DNA from: Candidatus Versatilivorator sp.
GTDB taxonomy: Bacteria; Acidobacteriota; Terriglobia; Versatilivoradales; Versatilivoraceae
Assembly: GCA_965207735.1 (NCBI GenBank)
Contig: OZ242296.1
Span: forward strand, 3,776,001 to 3,840,000
DNA length: 64,000 bases
Direction of reading: 5' to 3'
In this document: positions 39,595 through 49,053 of the stretch, one piece after another
Layout: each line of letters opens with the position of its first letter
Numbering within the stretch: position 1 is the stretch's first letter
Notes under the pieces: model-generated
Seen by the model: only the letters and a program-made list of their open reading frames with translations
Database searches by the model: none
What the model was told of the DNA's origin: nothing
Translations under genes and position numbers: made by a program

Positions 39595-40638
39595 TCATCG
39601 AGAAAAGCGCTCGATCCGCTCCTTGAGCTGCCGGTAGCTCTTCAGCGCCTGCCGGGCCTGTTCGGACTCTCCGGCATCCCTGTAGAGTCTGGCCAGAAGG
39701 CGGTGAGCCACCGGGTTGTCGGGCAGAAGCCGGATGGACTGCCGGGCAGCCTCAATAGCCTTGTCCAGTTGTCCGAGTCTCCGATAGACCTTGGCCAGAC
39801 CGAAATGGAGATCGGGGAGCGAGACCGTGCGGCTCTCCTCGGAAACGGCAGTCAACTGGGCCAAAGCCAGCTTGGGCTTTCCGAGCTGAAGCAACAGGTC
39901 TCCCAGTTCCAGGCGGGCCTGGCCGTGGTCCGGGTGGTACTCCACCTCCCGTTGCAGGGCTTGGAGAGCCTCCCGAAACTTCCCGGCGTCCAGGTAAACG
40001 GCGGCCAGGTGGTAGTAAGCCCAGGCGTAGCGGGGCTTCCTGGCGACCACTGCCTCGAACTGCCGGAGAGCCTTGCTCCTCATGTTCTGCTGGTGGTAGG
40101 TCCGCCCCAGGTGCATCCTGGCCTTGAGGTGGCCGGGGTCCAGTTCCAGGGCTTTTTCCAGGAGCCGAATGCCCTCTTCCACCGGCTGGCTGGTGGTGTT
40201 TCTGGCGCCCATCCCCATGGGGTCGGTCGGATCCTCGGTCTCGCTTCGCTGCTGGAGTATGAGAGCCGCCACACCGTAGTGGAAGTCGGCTTTGGCGGGG
40301 TCGAGAGCCAGGGCTTTGCGCAGTTCGGGTTCGGCGTCGCTGTACTGATTGAGCTGCAGAAGCGTCATGCCGTACAGGTGTCGGTATTCGGCGTTCTCAC
40401 CGTCCTGCTGCACGGCTTTCTGAGCCGCCAGCATGGCCAGCAGATACTCCTTCTTCTCATAACGCTCTTTGGCCTCCAGGTATTCGGCCGATTGCGCCCG
40501 GAGCTGGCCCGCCCAAAGGAGGACAACGGCAATCGCCGGGATGGCCAATCGCCGAACCGCCCCAGTGCGAGGCAGACGGCTCGCCCGCACTGCCGGCGGG
40601 GTCCATGCTTTGTTCCTGGCTGTGAGTGGCCTATTCAT
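39595..40638 (-). CDS. Secreted TPR protein (insert-bearing)
   Basis: YLEAKERYEKKEYLLAMLAAQKAV; TPR units. Confidence 0.88.
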   Translation of the reverse strand: MNRPLTARNKAWTPPAVRASRLPRTGAVRRLAIPAIAVVLLWAGQLRAQSAEYLEAKERYEKKEYLLAMLAAQKAVQQDGENAEYRHLYGMTLLQLNQYSDAEPELRKALALDPAKADFHYGVAALILQQRSETEDPTDPMGMGARNTTSQPVEEGIRLLEKALELDPGHLKARMHLGRTYHQQNMRSKALRQFEAVVARKPRYAWAYYHLAAVYLDAGKFREALQALQREVEYHPDHGQARLELGDLLLQLGKPKLALAQLTAVSEESRTVSLPDLHFGLAKVYRRLGQLDKAIEAARQSIRLLPDNPVAHRLLARLYRDAGESEQARQALKSYRQLKERIERFSR

Positions 40639-40676
40639 TTGGCATTAGTGATCCGCAATGCGCGGGCTCCGGACGT

Positions 40677-41834
40677 TCAGGGTTTCTTTTCAGCCACGAT
40701 GCGGATCCAGTGGTCGGCGAACTCGGAGTGGGTCATGAAGCCCCCTTCAAAGGGCATGTGACAGGAGCTGCATTCGCTGGTGGCCACCTTGCATCCGGAG
40801 GCCGTGGCATGGTTGCCCCCATGGCAGGACAGGCATTTGGAATCGTAGGATGCAGCCGTTTGCACCAGGCTCTCGTGCGGGTCGTGGCAAGTCGTGCACT
40901 TCAATTGATCCCGGCTCTCGCTGTAGCACCGGCTCAGCACCAGGCGCTGGGCCGGAAAACGGGACACCTCCTTGTCGACCGTGTACCTGGCAAGCGCCTG
41001 CAGGTCGTTGCCCCCCGGCGGCGCTCCGTGGCAGGCGCCGCAGAAATAAAGCTGCTCGACGGCCGCCATCCTGCCGGGGTTTTGGATTGTTGAGGCGGGA
41101 TCGGTCCCTCCTCGGTTCATCGCCTGGATATGTTCTTGCCCCGGTCCGTGACAGCGTTCGCAGTGGACGCCGGCGGAGCCAGGGTCCATTTTCTCAGGTG
41201 GCAGGTCGGCATGCCGGGTGGTGTGGCAGGCAAAGCAGTGCTCTCGTTGAGGCGGGCTCATCCAGTCCGCCAGAGCGTCATAGGGGTTGTCCACCCGGTC
41301 CTCCAACCCGGTGGTAATGTCCAACCCCCCGGTGGACTGGTACCAGCTCACCCGGCTCTGGCCGTAGGCGCCGGCATCGGTCATCCCGATGAAGGTGATC
41401 CCTTTCCTCCCGGCCCCCATTCCCCACAGCAGATGCATGCGGTCGGCTTCTCCGGCCCTGGCGGCCACCAGGTCGAGGGTGAACTCGGGGTCGGGGGACC
41501 GCTCGATCCGATAGGCCACCTGATTGCGCGGGTCGGAAAACTCCAGGGGCACCGATTCCAGCAACCGGGAAAGGGAGTGCACTCGCCTCAAGGTCAGCGG
41601 ATGGCCGCTCTCCAGCTGGACCTCGACAATCTCCCGGTGGCACTGCACGCATTGGCTGGACCCCACGTAGCCCGATTCGTCGGTGGCTTGTGCGCGGGAG
41701 GGACTCATCCAGAGGCAAGCTGCCAGAGCAACCGTCGCGAAGCACAGGGAGCCCGATTTTCCATTCAGAGCCCTCGCTCCGGGCTGTCTCCCGCGGGTAG
41801 ACTTGCCAATCAACATCCCTATCGAATTTCTCAT
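40677..41834 (-). CDS. Heptaheme cytochrome c, paralog 1
   Basis: CVQCH, CFACH, CERCH, CGACH, CTTCH, CLSCH, CSSCH; ends FADHWIRI. Confidence 0.9.
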   Translation of the reverse strand: MRNSIGMLIGKSTRGRQPGARALNGKSGSLCFATVALAACLWMSPSRAQATDESGYVGSSQCVQCHREIVEVQLESGHPLTLRRVHSLSRLLESVPLEFSDPRNQVAYRIERSPDPEFTLDLVAARAGEADRMHLLWGMGAGRKGITFIGMTDAGAYGQSRVSWYQSTGGLDITTGLEDRVDNPYDALADWMSPPQREHCFACHTTRHADLPPEKMDPGSAGVHCERCHGPGQEHIQAMNRGGTDPASTIQNPGRMAAVEQLYFCGACHGAPPGGNDLQALARYTVDKEVSRFPAQRLVLSRCYSESRDQLKCTTCHDPHESLVQTAASYDSKCLSCHGGNHATASGCKVATSECSSCHMPFEGGFMTHSEFADHWIRIVAEKKP

Positions 41835-42033
41835 GGGATCAAGGTCGATAATCCGACTCTTTTCCTCCCCGCAATCGTCCTTTAAGGTACACTTATTGTT
41901 GATTCACGATGGAGCCTACAACCTTCGCGCTGGCAAATCCGGTTCACTCCCGGCTTCCTCGAGGGGGCGGACTCCCCGCCGTTCCCGCCGGCGCAGCGTA
42001 GGGGAGCCAGCGCGGTAGAGATGGCGACGTACA

Positions 42034-43518
42034 TCAGTTGTTCCACCTCCCTATCCCCATTTGCGCACGATTCGCGGAATTGTTCTGCACCTCGCGATCG
42101 TGTTCTTCTTGTCCCACTGACTGTTGCCTTCGACCGTTGCGTTTTTGCCCGAGGTCCCTGGACTTGATCCACAAGGCGTTCCTGTAGCGAAATCCGTAGG
42201 GGGATTTGGGCTTGGAATCAAACGGTACGAAGGTAAACCATTGGCCCTGGCTGCCGAGCACCCATCCTCCACGGTTCTGGTAGCCGAAGCTGGGGTAGGC
42301 CGACCGGCGCACTCTGGCCGAGAGGAGTGAATTGGACTTGGCCAACTGTTGGGCCCGTTCTTTGCTCCATTGGTTGAGGTCGTCCTTCTTCCTAAGCTTT
42401 CCCGAGTGAAGCTTGGAGGTTGCCGCTTCGACCTGGTAGCTTCTGCCGGATTCAAGCCGTCGCCTCTTCCGGTGATTCCCCATCCATTCCAAAGCCCCCT
42501 TGTAGACCGAGACGCGCAACCTGGACTCGAGGCTGAGGCGATACAGCCCTCTGGCGGCCACTTGAAAATCGCCTGCTGGAGTCGATATGGACAAAGAGTG
42601 GATGGCGGGATTGAAGGCGGCGGATTCCAGGATGATTTCACCCTTTAGAATCTCGAACTTCATCTTCCGATAGCCGGTCCTGATGAATCGGACCAGGCTG
42701 CTCTCGGCGAGCCGCAAGTAGCTGCCTGGATTCAAGAGCAGTTCCGCGCGACCATTCTCCAGGGTTCTTAGCCGCCCTCCGGCGTTCAACTTGTGACCGG
42801 CCGTCAACAGCCAGCGGTTGCTGCCCGCGAACCGATATTGAGGCGGTCTTCCCCAGAAGCTGTTCAACAAGAAAGCCGAACGCACCTGGCCCCAGGGGTC
42901 CAAGTGATCCCGACTGTGCTTGCCCAGCTCGGCCACCGCCGGAGGGTTTTCTGCAGCACTACTGAGAACGTACCGCTTGCCAGGGGTCAGGTTCAACGAT
43001 CGACCGTCTCGCTTCAGCCAGTTCAACTTGCCGGAGTGAACGGCAACCTCCAATGAAGAGGGTTCCTTGACTTGAATTCGATAAAATCCGTCTTTGAGAA
43101 ATTCCAGATCTCCGGCCGGTGTCGATAGCTTCAAGGCGTGACGCCGGCTCTTGAAGCGTCTGGAATCGACGACGAAGGTTCCTTCCGAAACGCGGAAGTG
43201 CATTTTTCGGTATGCCGTGTCGAGGACTTCCAGTCGGGCCTGGTCAGCCAGTCGAAGGTAACCGCCGGGATGCAACATGATTTCGAGACGGTCCCCGCGG
43301 CCTGTCCGGACAATGTCCCCGGGCTCCAATCGGTGGCCGATTGCGATTTCAGCCGGCACCCCTTGCCCGCCGGCAAGCAGAAGCTGTTTTCCCTTGACGT
43401 ACCGGACGGTGCCGGCTTGAAGGTGAGAGACGTGAGCCGCGGGATCCTTCGCCAGAGCCCGGGCGGCTCCAGCCAGAAGCAGGACCCCGGCCGCCGAAGT
43501 CAGGATGATTCCTTTCAT
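42034..43518 (-). CDS. Secreted tandem FecR-like protein, paralog 2
   Basis: Same duplicated module and GGWVL...WFTFVPFDSKPKSPYGF tail as 19950; signal peptide from ATG 43518. Confidence 0.75.
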   Translation of the reverse strand: MKGIILTSAAGVLLLAGAARALAKDPAAHVSHLQAGTVRYVKGKQLLLAGGQGVPAEIAIGHRLEPGDIVRTGRGDRLEIMLHPGGYLRLADQARLEVLDTAYRKMHFRVSEGTFVVDSRRFKSRRHALKLSTPAGDLEFLKDGFYRIQVKEPSSLEVAVHSGKLNWLKRDGRSLNLTPGKRYVLSSAAENPPAVAELGKHSRDHLDPWGQVRSAFLLNSFWGRPPQYRFAGSNRWLLTAGHKLNAGGRLRTLENGRAELLLNPGSYLRLAESSLVRFIRTGYRKMKFEILKGEIILESAAFNPAIHSLSISTPAGDFQVAARGLYRLSLESRLRVSVYKGALEWMGNHRKRRRLESGRSYQVEAATSKLHSGKLRKKDDLNQWSKERAQQLAKSNSLLSARVRRSAYPSFGYQNRGGWVLGSQGQWFTFVPFDSKPKSPYGFRYRNALWIKSRDLGQKRNGRRQQSVGQEEHDREVQNNSANRAQMGIGRWNN

Positions 43519-43777
43519 GGCTTTGCCTCTCCGCCGGCGGAAAAATGAGCCCAACATCGGAAATGCAACGGGAGGACGGCACGACCCATCGATCACTGGC
43601 CCTATCTTAGTGATCCTGATTCTTCAATTCCAGTCTCATCTACGAACAAGAGTCTGTCGCCCCGGGATCAGTCGCGATCCGTGCTAAAATCAACGCAGAG
43701 TAGGCGATGATGCAGTCGCTTTCCGCGTAGTGACCTCTTCCGGAGCCTTCTTCAGGCAGTTTGCTGCAATCCAAGTG

Positions 43778-45475
43778 ATGAACAAGCCGACAGCACTGAG
43801 TCTGATTGCTTGCCTGGCCGCTTTGTCGGGGATATCCGCCAATGATTTGTCCCGCTCGGACAAGTCATTGCCTGCCTCGCCCTCGCTGGTCTTCGAGGAT
43901 GTGGCCGCCGAAGCGGGACTGGATTTTCAGCATTTCAGCGGCAGCCCCGAGAAGCAGTACATTCTGGAGAGCATGAGCGGGGGCGTGGCCTGGATCGACT
44001 TCGACCGGGACGGCTGGATGGACCTCTACCTGGTCAACGGGGGCCGCTGGGAGGATCTGGTTCAAGGCAAGCGCACGGTTTCCAATGCGCTCTATCGCAA
44101 CGACGGCGACGGCACCTTTACCAACGTGACCGAAAAGGCCGGAGTGGGAAATCGGCACTGGGGAATGGGAGTGGCCGCCGGCGACTACGACAATGACGGC
44201 TGGGTGGACCTGTTCGTCTGCAACTACGGTCCCAACACCCTCTACCGGAACAATGGGGACGGCACCTTCAAGGACATGACCGGCACGGCCGGAGTGGGAG
44301 ACGGTCGTTGGGGGGTCAGCGCATCCTGGGGTGACTACGACGCCGACGGCTGGCTGGATCTCTACGTCACCAACACGGTCCAGTTCGACTACAAGAACCC
44401 CGATCCCATGGAGTGCCACTACCGGGGGATAACGGTGCAGTGCGGTCCCCTGGGAATGGTCGGCGATTCCGATATCCTCTACCGCAACAACCGGGACGGG
44501 ACCTTTAGCGACCTGAGCGAGAAGGCCGGCGTCTCGGACGTGCCCCCCTCCTACGGCCTGGGCGCCATCTGGACCGACTACGACAACGACGGAGACCTGG
44601 ACCTCTATGTGGCCAACGACCAAATGGCCAATTTTCTCTTTCGCAACCTGGGAGACGGCACCTTTGAGGAAACCGGGCTCATTGCGGGCGCTGCATTCAG
44701 CGATGACGGGACGGCTCAGGGCAGCATGGGAGTGGATTTCGGCGACTATGACCGCGACGGCCTGCTGGATATCTACATCACCCATTTTTCAGACGACTAC
44801 AATACGCTTTTCCGCAATCTGGGCCAGGGCAGGTTTCGCGACATGACCCGGGGAGCCGGCTTGACCTTCAGCAGTTGGCCCATGGTGGGTTGGGGCACGG
44901 GGTTCGCGGACCTGGACCATGACGGTTGGGAGGACATCTTTGCCGCCAACGGCCACGTGTTTCCCCAGGTGGACGGATACAAGATCGGCACCAGCTTCCA
45001 TCAACGCAGCCAAGTCTTCCGCAACCTGGGCGACGGCAAGTTCCAGGAGGTGTCGGCCGGACTCGACAAGCTCAAGTCCTGGTCCAGCCGGGGGGTGGCC
45101 TTTGCCGACTTCGACAACGACGGCGATATCGACGTCGCCGTCAACAACCTGGACGGAGTCCCCTGGCTCTTGAGGAATCGAAAGGGGAGTCAGGCCGGCA
45201 ATTGGCTCCTGCTTTCTCTGGAGGGGACCCGAACCAATCGCAGCGCCATCGGGACCAGGATTACCCTCGAGACCGGAGAGGGGAAGCAGATCCGGGAGGT
45301 GCGGGGTGGGTCCAGCTACGAATCCACCCACGACTTCCGGGTCCACTTCGGCCTGGGCGGGCTCGAGACCGTCAAGAAATTGATCGTCCGCTGGACCGAT
45401 GGAACTACCCAGGACTTCGAGAACCTGTCGGTCAACCGCGTCTACCGGCTCAAGGAGGGGGGCGAGCTCGAGTAG
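43778..45475 (+). CDS. CRTAC1-family protein, subtype I
   Basis: ESMSGGVAWID, IREVRGGSSY; close paralog of 6957. Confidence 0.92.
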   Translation: MNKPTALSLIACLAALSGISANDLSRSDKSLPASPSLVFEDVAAEAGLDFQHFSGSPEKQYILESMSGGVAWIDFDRDGWMDLYLVNGGRWEDLVQGKRTVSNALYRNDGDGTFTNVTEKAGVGNRHWGMGVAAGDYDNDGWVDLFVCNYGPNTLYRNNGDGTFKDMTGTAGVGDGRWGVSASWGDYDADGWLDLYVTNTVQFDYKNPDPMECHYRGITVQCGPLGMVGDSDILYRNNRDGTFSDLSEKAGVSDVPPSYGLGAIWTDYDNDGDLDLYVANDQMANFLFRNLGDGTFEETGLIAGAAFSDDGTAQGSMGVDFGDYDRDGLLDIYITHFSDDYNTLFRNLGQGRFRDMTRGAGLTFSSWPMVGWGTGFADLDHDGWEDIFAANGHVFPQVDGYKIGTSFHQRSQVFRNLGDGKFQEVSAGLDKLKSWSSRGVAFADFDNDGDIDVAVNNLDGVPWLLRNRKGSQAGNWLLLSLEGTRTNRSAIGTRITLETGEGKQIREVRGGSSYESTHDFRVHFGLGGLETVKKLIVRWTDGTTQDFENLSVNRVYRLKEGGELE

Positions 45476-45504
45476 CCCCGGGGAAGATCAATCGAGAAGG
45501 ACTA

Positions 45505-45886
45505 TAAATTGAACATGGATGCACAGGATGCACAGGATAATCAGGACCAGAGGCTGCTGCACGAAACGCAGACTCCGGCGATGATCGGGTGCGGATTTGA
45601 GGATGTCCAGGATTGCAAGCCAGCCGTCTCCGGAAAAAATCCTGTGCATCCATGTGAATCAAGAATCTACCCGTGCTTGACGTTGAACCGGTTTCCAGCC
45701 ACCCGGCGCAGGGGGTTGTTTCAGGCAAGCCGGGCCCCCGCCCTGGTGTGCGGATCATACATAGAGTGAAACAATCAGAAATCGATCAACCCTTCGCGAA
45801 CGTGGTACCCCGTCGCGGCCAACCTCAGCGCCTTAGTGGCCCTTCGTGGTCCTTCGTGCCCCTTCGTGGAAATGTCTTTTTCTTTT
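45505..45886 (+). repeat. Type-B plus type-A repeat array; type A is split by an IS and resumes at 47374-47402
   Basis: GGGGGTTGTTTCAG|GCAAG junction at 45711-45729; GTCTTTTTCTTTT[IS]TTTTGTCTTTTT. Confidence 0.85.
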
Positions 45887-47373
45887 GAGCCTTTTGCAAA
45901 ATTCGCAGATAGCGGGAATTTTCACGTGGGGAAAGATCAAGGAGGGCAGGTGGAAGGAGGGGCAAGACCACTGTCTGTTGTATCATGAAGGTGTCTGAAC
46001 CACATGATGAACGGAGGTGGAACTTGCCCCTTAGGGAAACCCTATCACGACACTGGTTCCGGTTTCAACGAGAGCTGTTTCCCCTGCTGGAGGAAGTTTT
46101 GGGGCCTCTGGGAGAGCGTTACCAGCGGCTGGTGCAGGTATTGGAGTTGGTGCGGGTGGAGGAGTTGCTGCCTTACAGTCGGGGCTGGCGTGGCCGGCCG
46201 CTGGAGGATCGGGCAGTGCTGGCGCGAGCCTATCTGGCGAAGTCGATGCTGGAGGTGGCGACCACGCGGGGATTGGTGGAGCGGCTGAGGAGTGAGGGGA
46301 GGCTGCGGCGGCTGTGCGGCTGGGAGAGGGCGTGGGAGGTACCGAGCGAGTCGACCTTCTCGCGGGCCTTTGCGGAATTCGCTGAGAGCGACCTGCCGGG
46401 GCGTTTGCACGAGGCATTGCTGGAGGAGACGCTGAAGGGCCACTTGGCGGGGCATGTGTCGAGGGACTCGACGGCGATTGCGGGACGGGAAAAGCCAGCG
46501 GCCAAGGCTGCGCCGGAGGCCAAGCGGAAACGCCGGCGGGGCCGGCCGCCGAAGGGCGAGCGACGGCCCAAGCGGTTGAGCCGGCTGGAGCGGCAGGGGT
46601 CGATGACGCTGGAGGAAATGTTGAAGGAGTTGCCCAAGGCCTGCGACATCGGCGTCAAGCGCAACGCCAAGGGGCATCAGGAGAGCTGGACCGGCTACAA
46701 GCTACACCTCGACGCCATTGACGGCGGGATTCCGGTCAGTTGTCTGCTGACCTCGGCCTCGGTGCATGACTCTCAGGCAGCCATTCCGCTGGCGACGCTG
46801 ACGGCAAGGCGGGTCGAGAGTCTCTACGACTTGATGGACAGCGCCTACGATGCGCCGGAGATCCGGGCCTTCAGTGAGAAGCTGGGGCATGTGCCGATTA
46901 TTGACGTCAACCCCCGCCGAAGAGCTACCTTGAAAGCCGAGCGGAAGCGGGAGGCACTGGCCCGGCGCTGTATCGGCCAAGTGACTCCCGAGGCGCGGCG
47001 CTACCGGGAACGCTCGACGGTGGAGCGGGTCAACGGACGGCTCAAGGAGGAGTTTGGCGGGAGGCAGGTGAGGGTTCGCGGCCCCGACAAGGTGAGGTGC
47101 CACCTGATGTTCGGCATTCTGGCCCTGACGGTGGATCAGTTGATGCGCCTGACGCTCTGAAGACCGGGTTGCCACCCCCAACCGCACAGCAGGTTCGCCC
47201 GCCTCAAGGCCGGGAGAGGGTAAGCTGTGCCTGCGTCCGGCGACCGCTGGCCATCCGGCCATCAGATTCGGGCTTTTTCCTTCAAAAGGGTCTTTGCAGC
47301 TGGGTAGTCACCGCCGGAACATCACTGTTGCCAGCCCAATGTCATGCCCGATTCCGAATTTTGCAAAAGGCTC
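45887..47373 (+). mobile_element. 1487-bp insertion sequence (IS4/IS5-superfamily DDE, IS1182-like)
   Basis: Perfect 19-bp terminal IR GAGCCTTTTGCAAAATTCG; TTTT target duplication. Confidence 0.9.
45985..47160 (+). CDS. DDE transposase
   Basis: PSESTFSRAF, RDSTAI, GYKLHL, HDSQ, MDSAYD, YRERSTVERVNGRLK. Confidence 0.92.
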   Translation: MKVSEPHDERRWNLPLRETLSRHWFRFQRELFPLLEEVLGPLGERYQRLVQVLELVRVEELLPYSRGWRGRPLEDRAVLARAYLAKSMLEVATTRGLVERLRSEGRLRRLCGWERAWEVPSESTFSRAFAEFAESDLPGRLHEALLEETLKGHLAGHVSRDSTAIAGREKPAAKAAPEAKRKRRRGRPPKGERRPKRLSRLERQGSMTLEEMLKELPKACDIGVKRNAKGHQESWTGYKLHLDAIDGGIPVSCLLTSASVHDSQAAIPLATLTARRVESLYDLMDSAYDAPEIRAFSEKLGHVPIIDVNPRRRATLKAERKREALARRCIGQVTPEARRYRERSTVERVNGRLKEEFGGRQVRVRGPDKVRCHLMFGILALTVDQLMRLTL

Positions 47374-47459
47374 TTTTGTCTTTTTAGGTTGTTTCAGACA
47401 AGTCCCGCCCCCGCCCCCCACGACGGGGCGGATCATTCGAGGGTGAAACAACGGATCAT

Positions 47460-47640
47460 TGTGAAAGAATAAGCACCTGGCGAGACTCCGGCAGCTACGC
47501 CCCGTTTCAGCATTGGTGCCCCGTGCCCCAAGGCAAGTCTGGGTCCGAGCAGGTCATCATTCATTAGTGAGGCTTCCCGGGAAGTTCTCCTCAAGGCAAG
47601 AATCCGAACGACCACGCCAACTCGGGCCGGAGCCCTCGCT
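47460..47640 (+). ncRNA. Candidate IS110 bridge RNA
   Basis: Structured non-coding end upstream of the recombinase; one loop carries GTTTCAG (47504) and GTCTG (47537), which match the element's junction. Confidence 0.55.
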
Positions 47641-47658
47641 CTCGAGGAGGCCAATCTC

Positions 47659-49053
47659 ATGCAAAAGAGCAGGAAAGTCAACACGAAGGCGAAGAAGAAG
47701 CGCAGCCGTTCGACGGCCTTGTCGCGGATCCACCCCGAGGTGGCAGGGATCGACCTGGGGAGTCGGGAGCACTGGGTGTGCGCTCCGGAGGTAACCCCAG
47801 GGAAGCCGAACGTGCGCACCTTCGGCACCACCATGCCGCAGTTGCAGCATCTGGCCGACTGGTTGCTGGAACAAGGGGTGGAGTCGGTGGCGATGGAGAG
47901 CACCAACGTGTATTGGATTCCCCTCTACGAACTGCTGGAGTCCTGCGGCATCGAGGTGCTGCTGGTCAACGCCCGGCAGTTGCGCTACGTTCCGGGCCGC
48001 AAGACCGACATGCGGGACTGCCAGTGGATCCAGTTGCTGCACAGCTGCGGCTTGCTGCGGGGATCCTTCCGTCCGCACGAGGCGATCGTCCGGGTTCGGA
48101 CCCTGCACCGGCAACTGAGCACTCTGGGGGCCGAGAGTACCCGCTTTGTGCAGTGGATGCAGAAGGCGCTGGATCAGATGAACGTCCAGATCCATCGTGC
48201 GGTCACCGATCTGACCGGTCAGACGGGGATGGCGATCGTGCGGGCGATTGTCGACGGCGAACGGGACCCGGTCCGTCTGGCGGGTCTGCGGGACCGACGG
48301 TGCAAGAAGTCCAGCCGGGAGTTTGCCGAGCACCTCACGGGCAACTGGCGCGACGAGCATCTGTTCAACCTCAAGTCGGCGCTGAAGCTCTACGACATGA
48401 CTCAACGCGAGATTGCGGCCTATGAGGCCCGCATTCTGGAGGAAATCCAAGCGCTGCAACCGGTGGAGCGCCGCGACCAGCCCGTGCCGAAGCATCCCAA
48501 TGCGATCAAGGAAAAGGCGATTAGCCGCCGAGGCGGGCACCACCTGCGCACCGAACTGTGGCGCTTTGCCGGGGTCGATCTGACGCGCATCGACGGCATC
48601 GGCACCGAAGCGGCCCTGACCCTGCTGACTGAGGCCGGCCTCGACCTGACGGCCTTCCCCTCGGAGAAGCACTTTGTATCCTGGCTGCGCCTGGCTCCAA
48701 AAACGGCCGTCTCCGCAGGCAAGCCGCTCCACTACAAGAAGGCCAACAGCACCGGGTCTACTCGCGCCGCCGCCGTCCTGCGCATGGCAGCCGTCTCTCT
48801 GAAGCACTCCAAGACCGCTCTGGGGGCCGCCTTCCGTCGCAAGGCCCGCCACAAGGGATGGACCGTCGCCGTCTTCTCCATGGCCCGCCGGCTGGCCGTT
48901 CTCGTCTACCGCATGCTGCGCTACGGCCAGGACTACATCGACATCGGGGAAGCGTGCTACGAAGACCGGTTCCGGAGACGCCGCCTCGCGGGCCTCAAAG
49001 ATGCTGCTAAGTCTCTTGGTTTCAACCTAGTTCCACAAATCGCAGCCGCTTGA
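47659..49053 (+). CDS. IS110-family DEDD recombinase/transposase
   Basis: GIDLG, MESTNVYW, KTDMRD, RIDGIG, FPSEKHFVSWLRLAP...SAGK; RBS GAGGAGG. Confidence 0.95.
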   Translation: MQKSRKVNTKAKKKRSRSTALSRIHPEVAGIDLGSREHWVCAPEVTPGKPNVRTFGTTMPQLQHLADWLLEQGVESVAMESTNVYWIPLYELLESCGIEVLLVNARQLRYVPGRKTDMRDCQWIQLLHSCGLLRGSFRPHEAIVRVRTLHRQLSTLGAESTRFVQWMQKALDQMNVQIHRAVTDLTGQTGMAIVRAIVDGERDPVRLAGLRDRRCKKSSREFAEHLTGNWRDEHLFNLKSALKLYDMTQREIAAYEARILEEIQALQPVERRDQPVPKHPNAIKEKAISRRGGHHLRTELWRFAGVDLTRIDGIGTEAALTLLTEAGLDLTAFPSEKHFVSWLRLAPKTAVSAGKPLHYKKANSTGSTRAAAVLRMAAVSLKHSKTALGAAFRRKARHKGWTVAVFSMARRLAVLVYRMLRYGQDYIDIGEACYEDRFRRRRLAGLKDAAKSLGFNLVPQIAAA

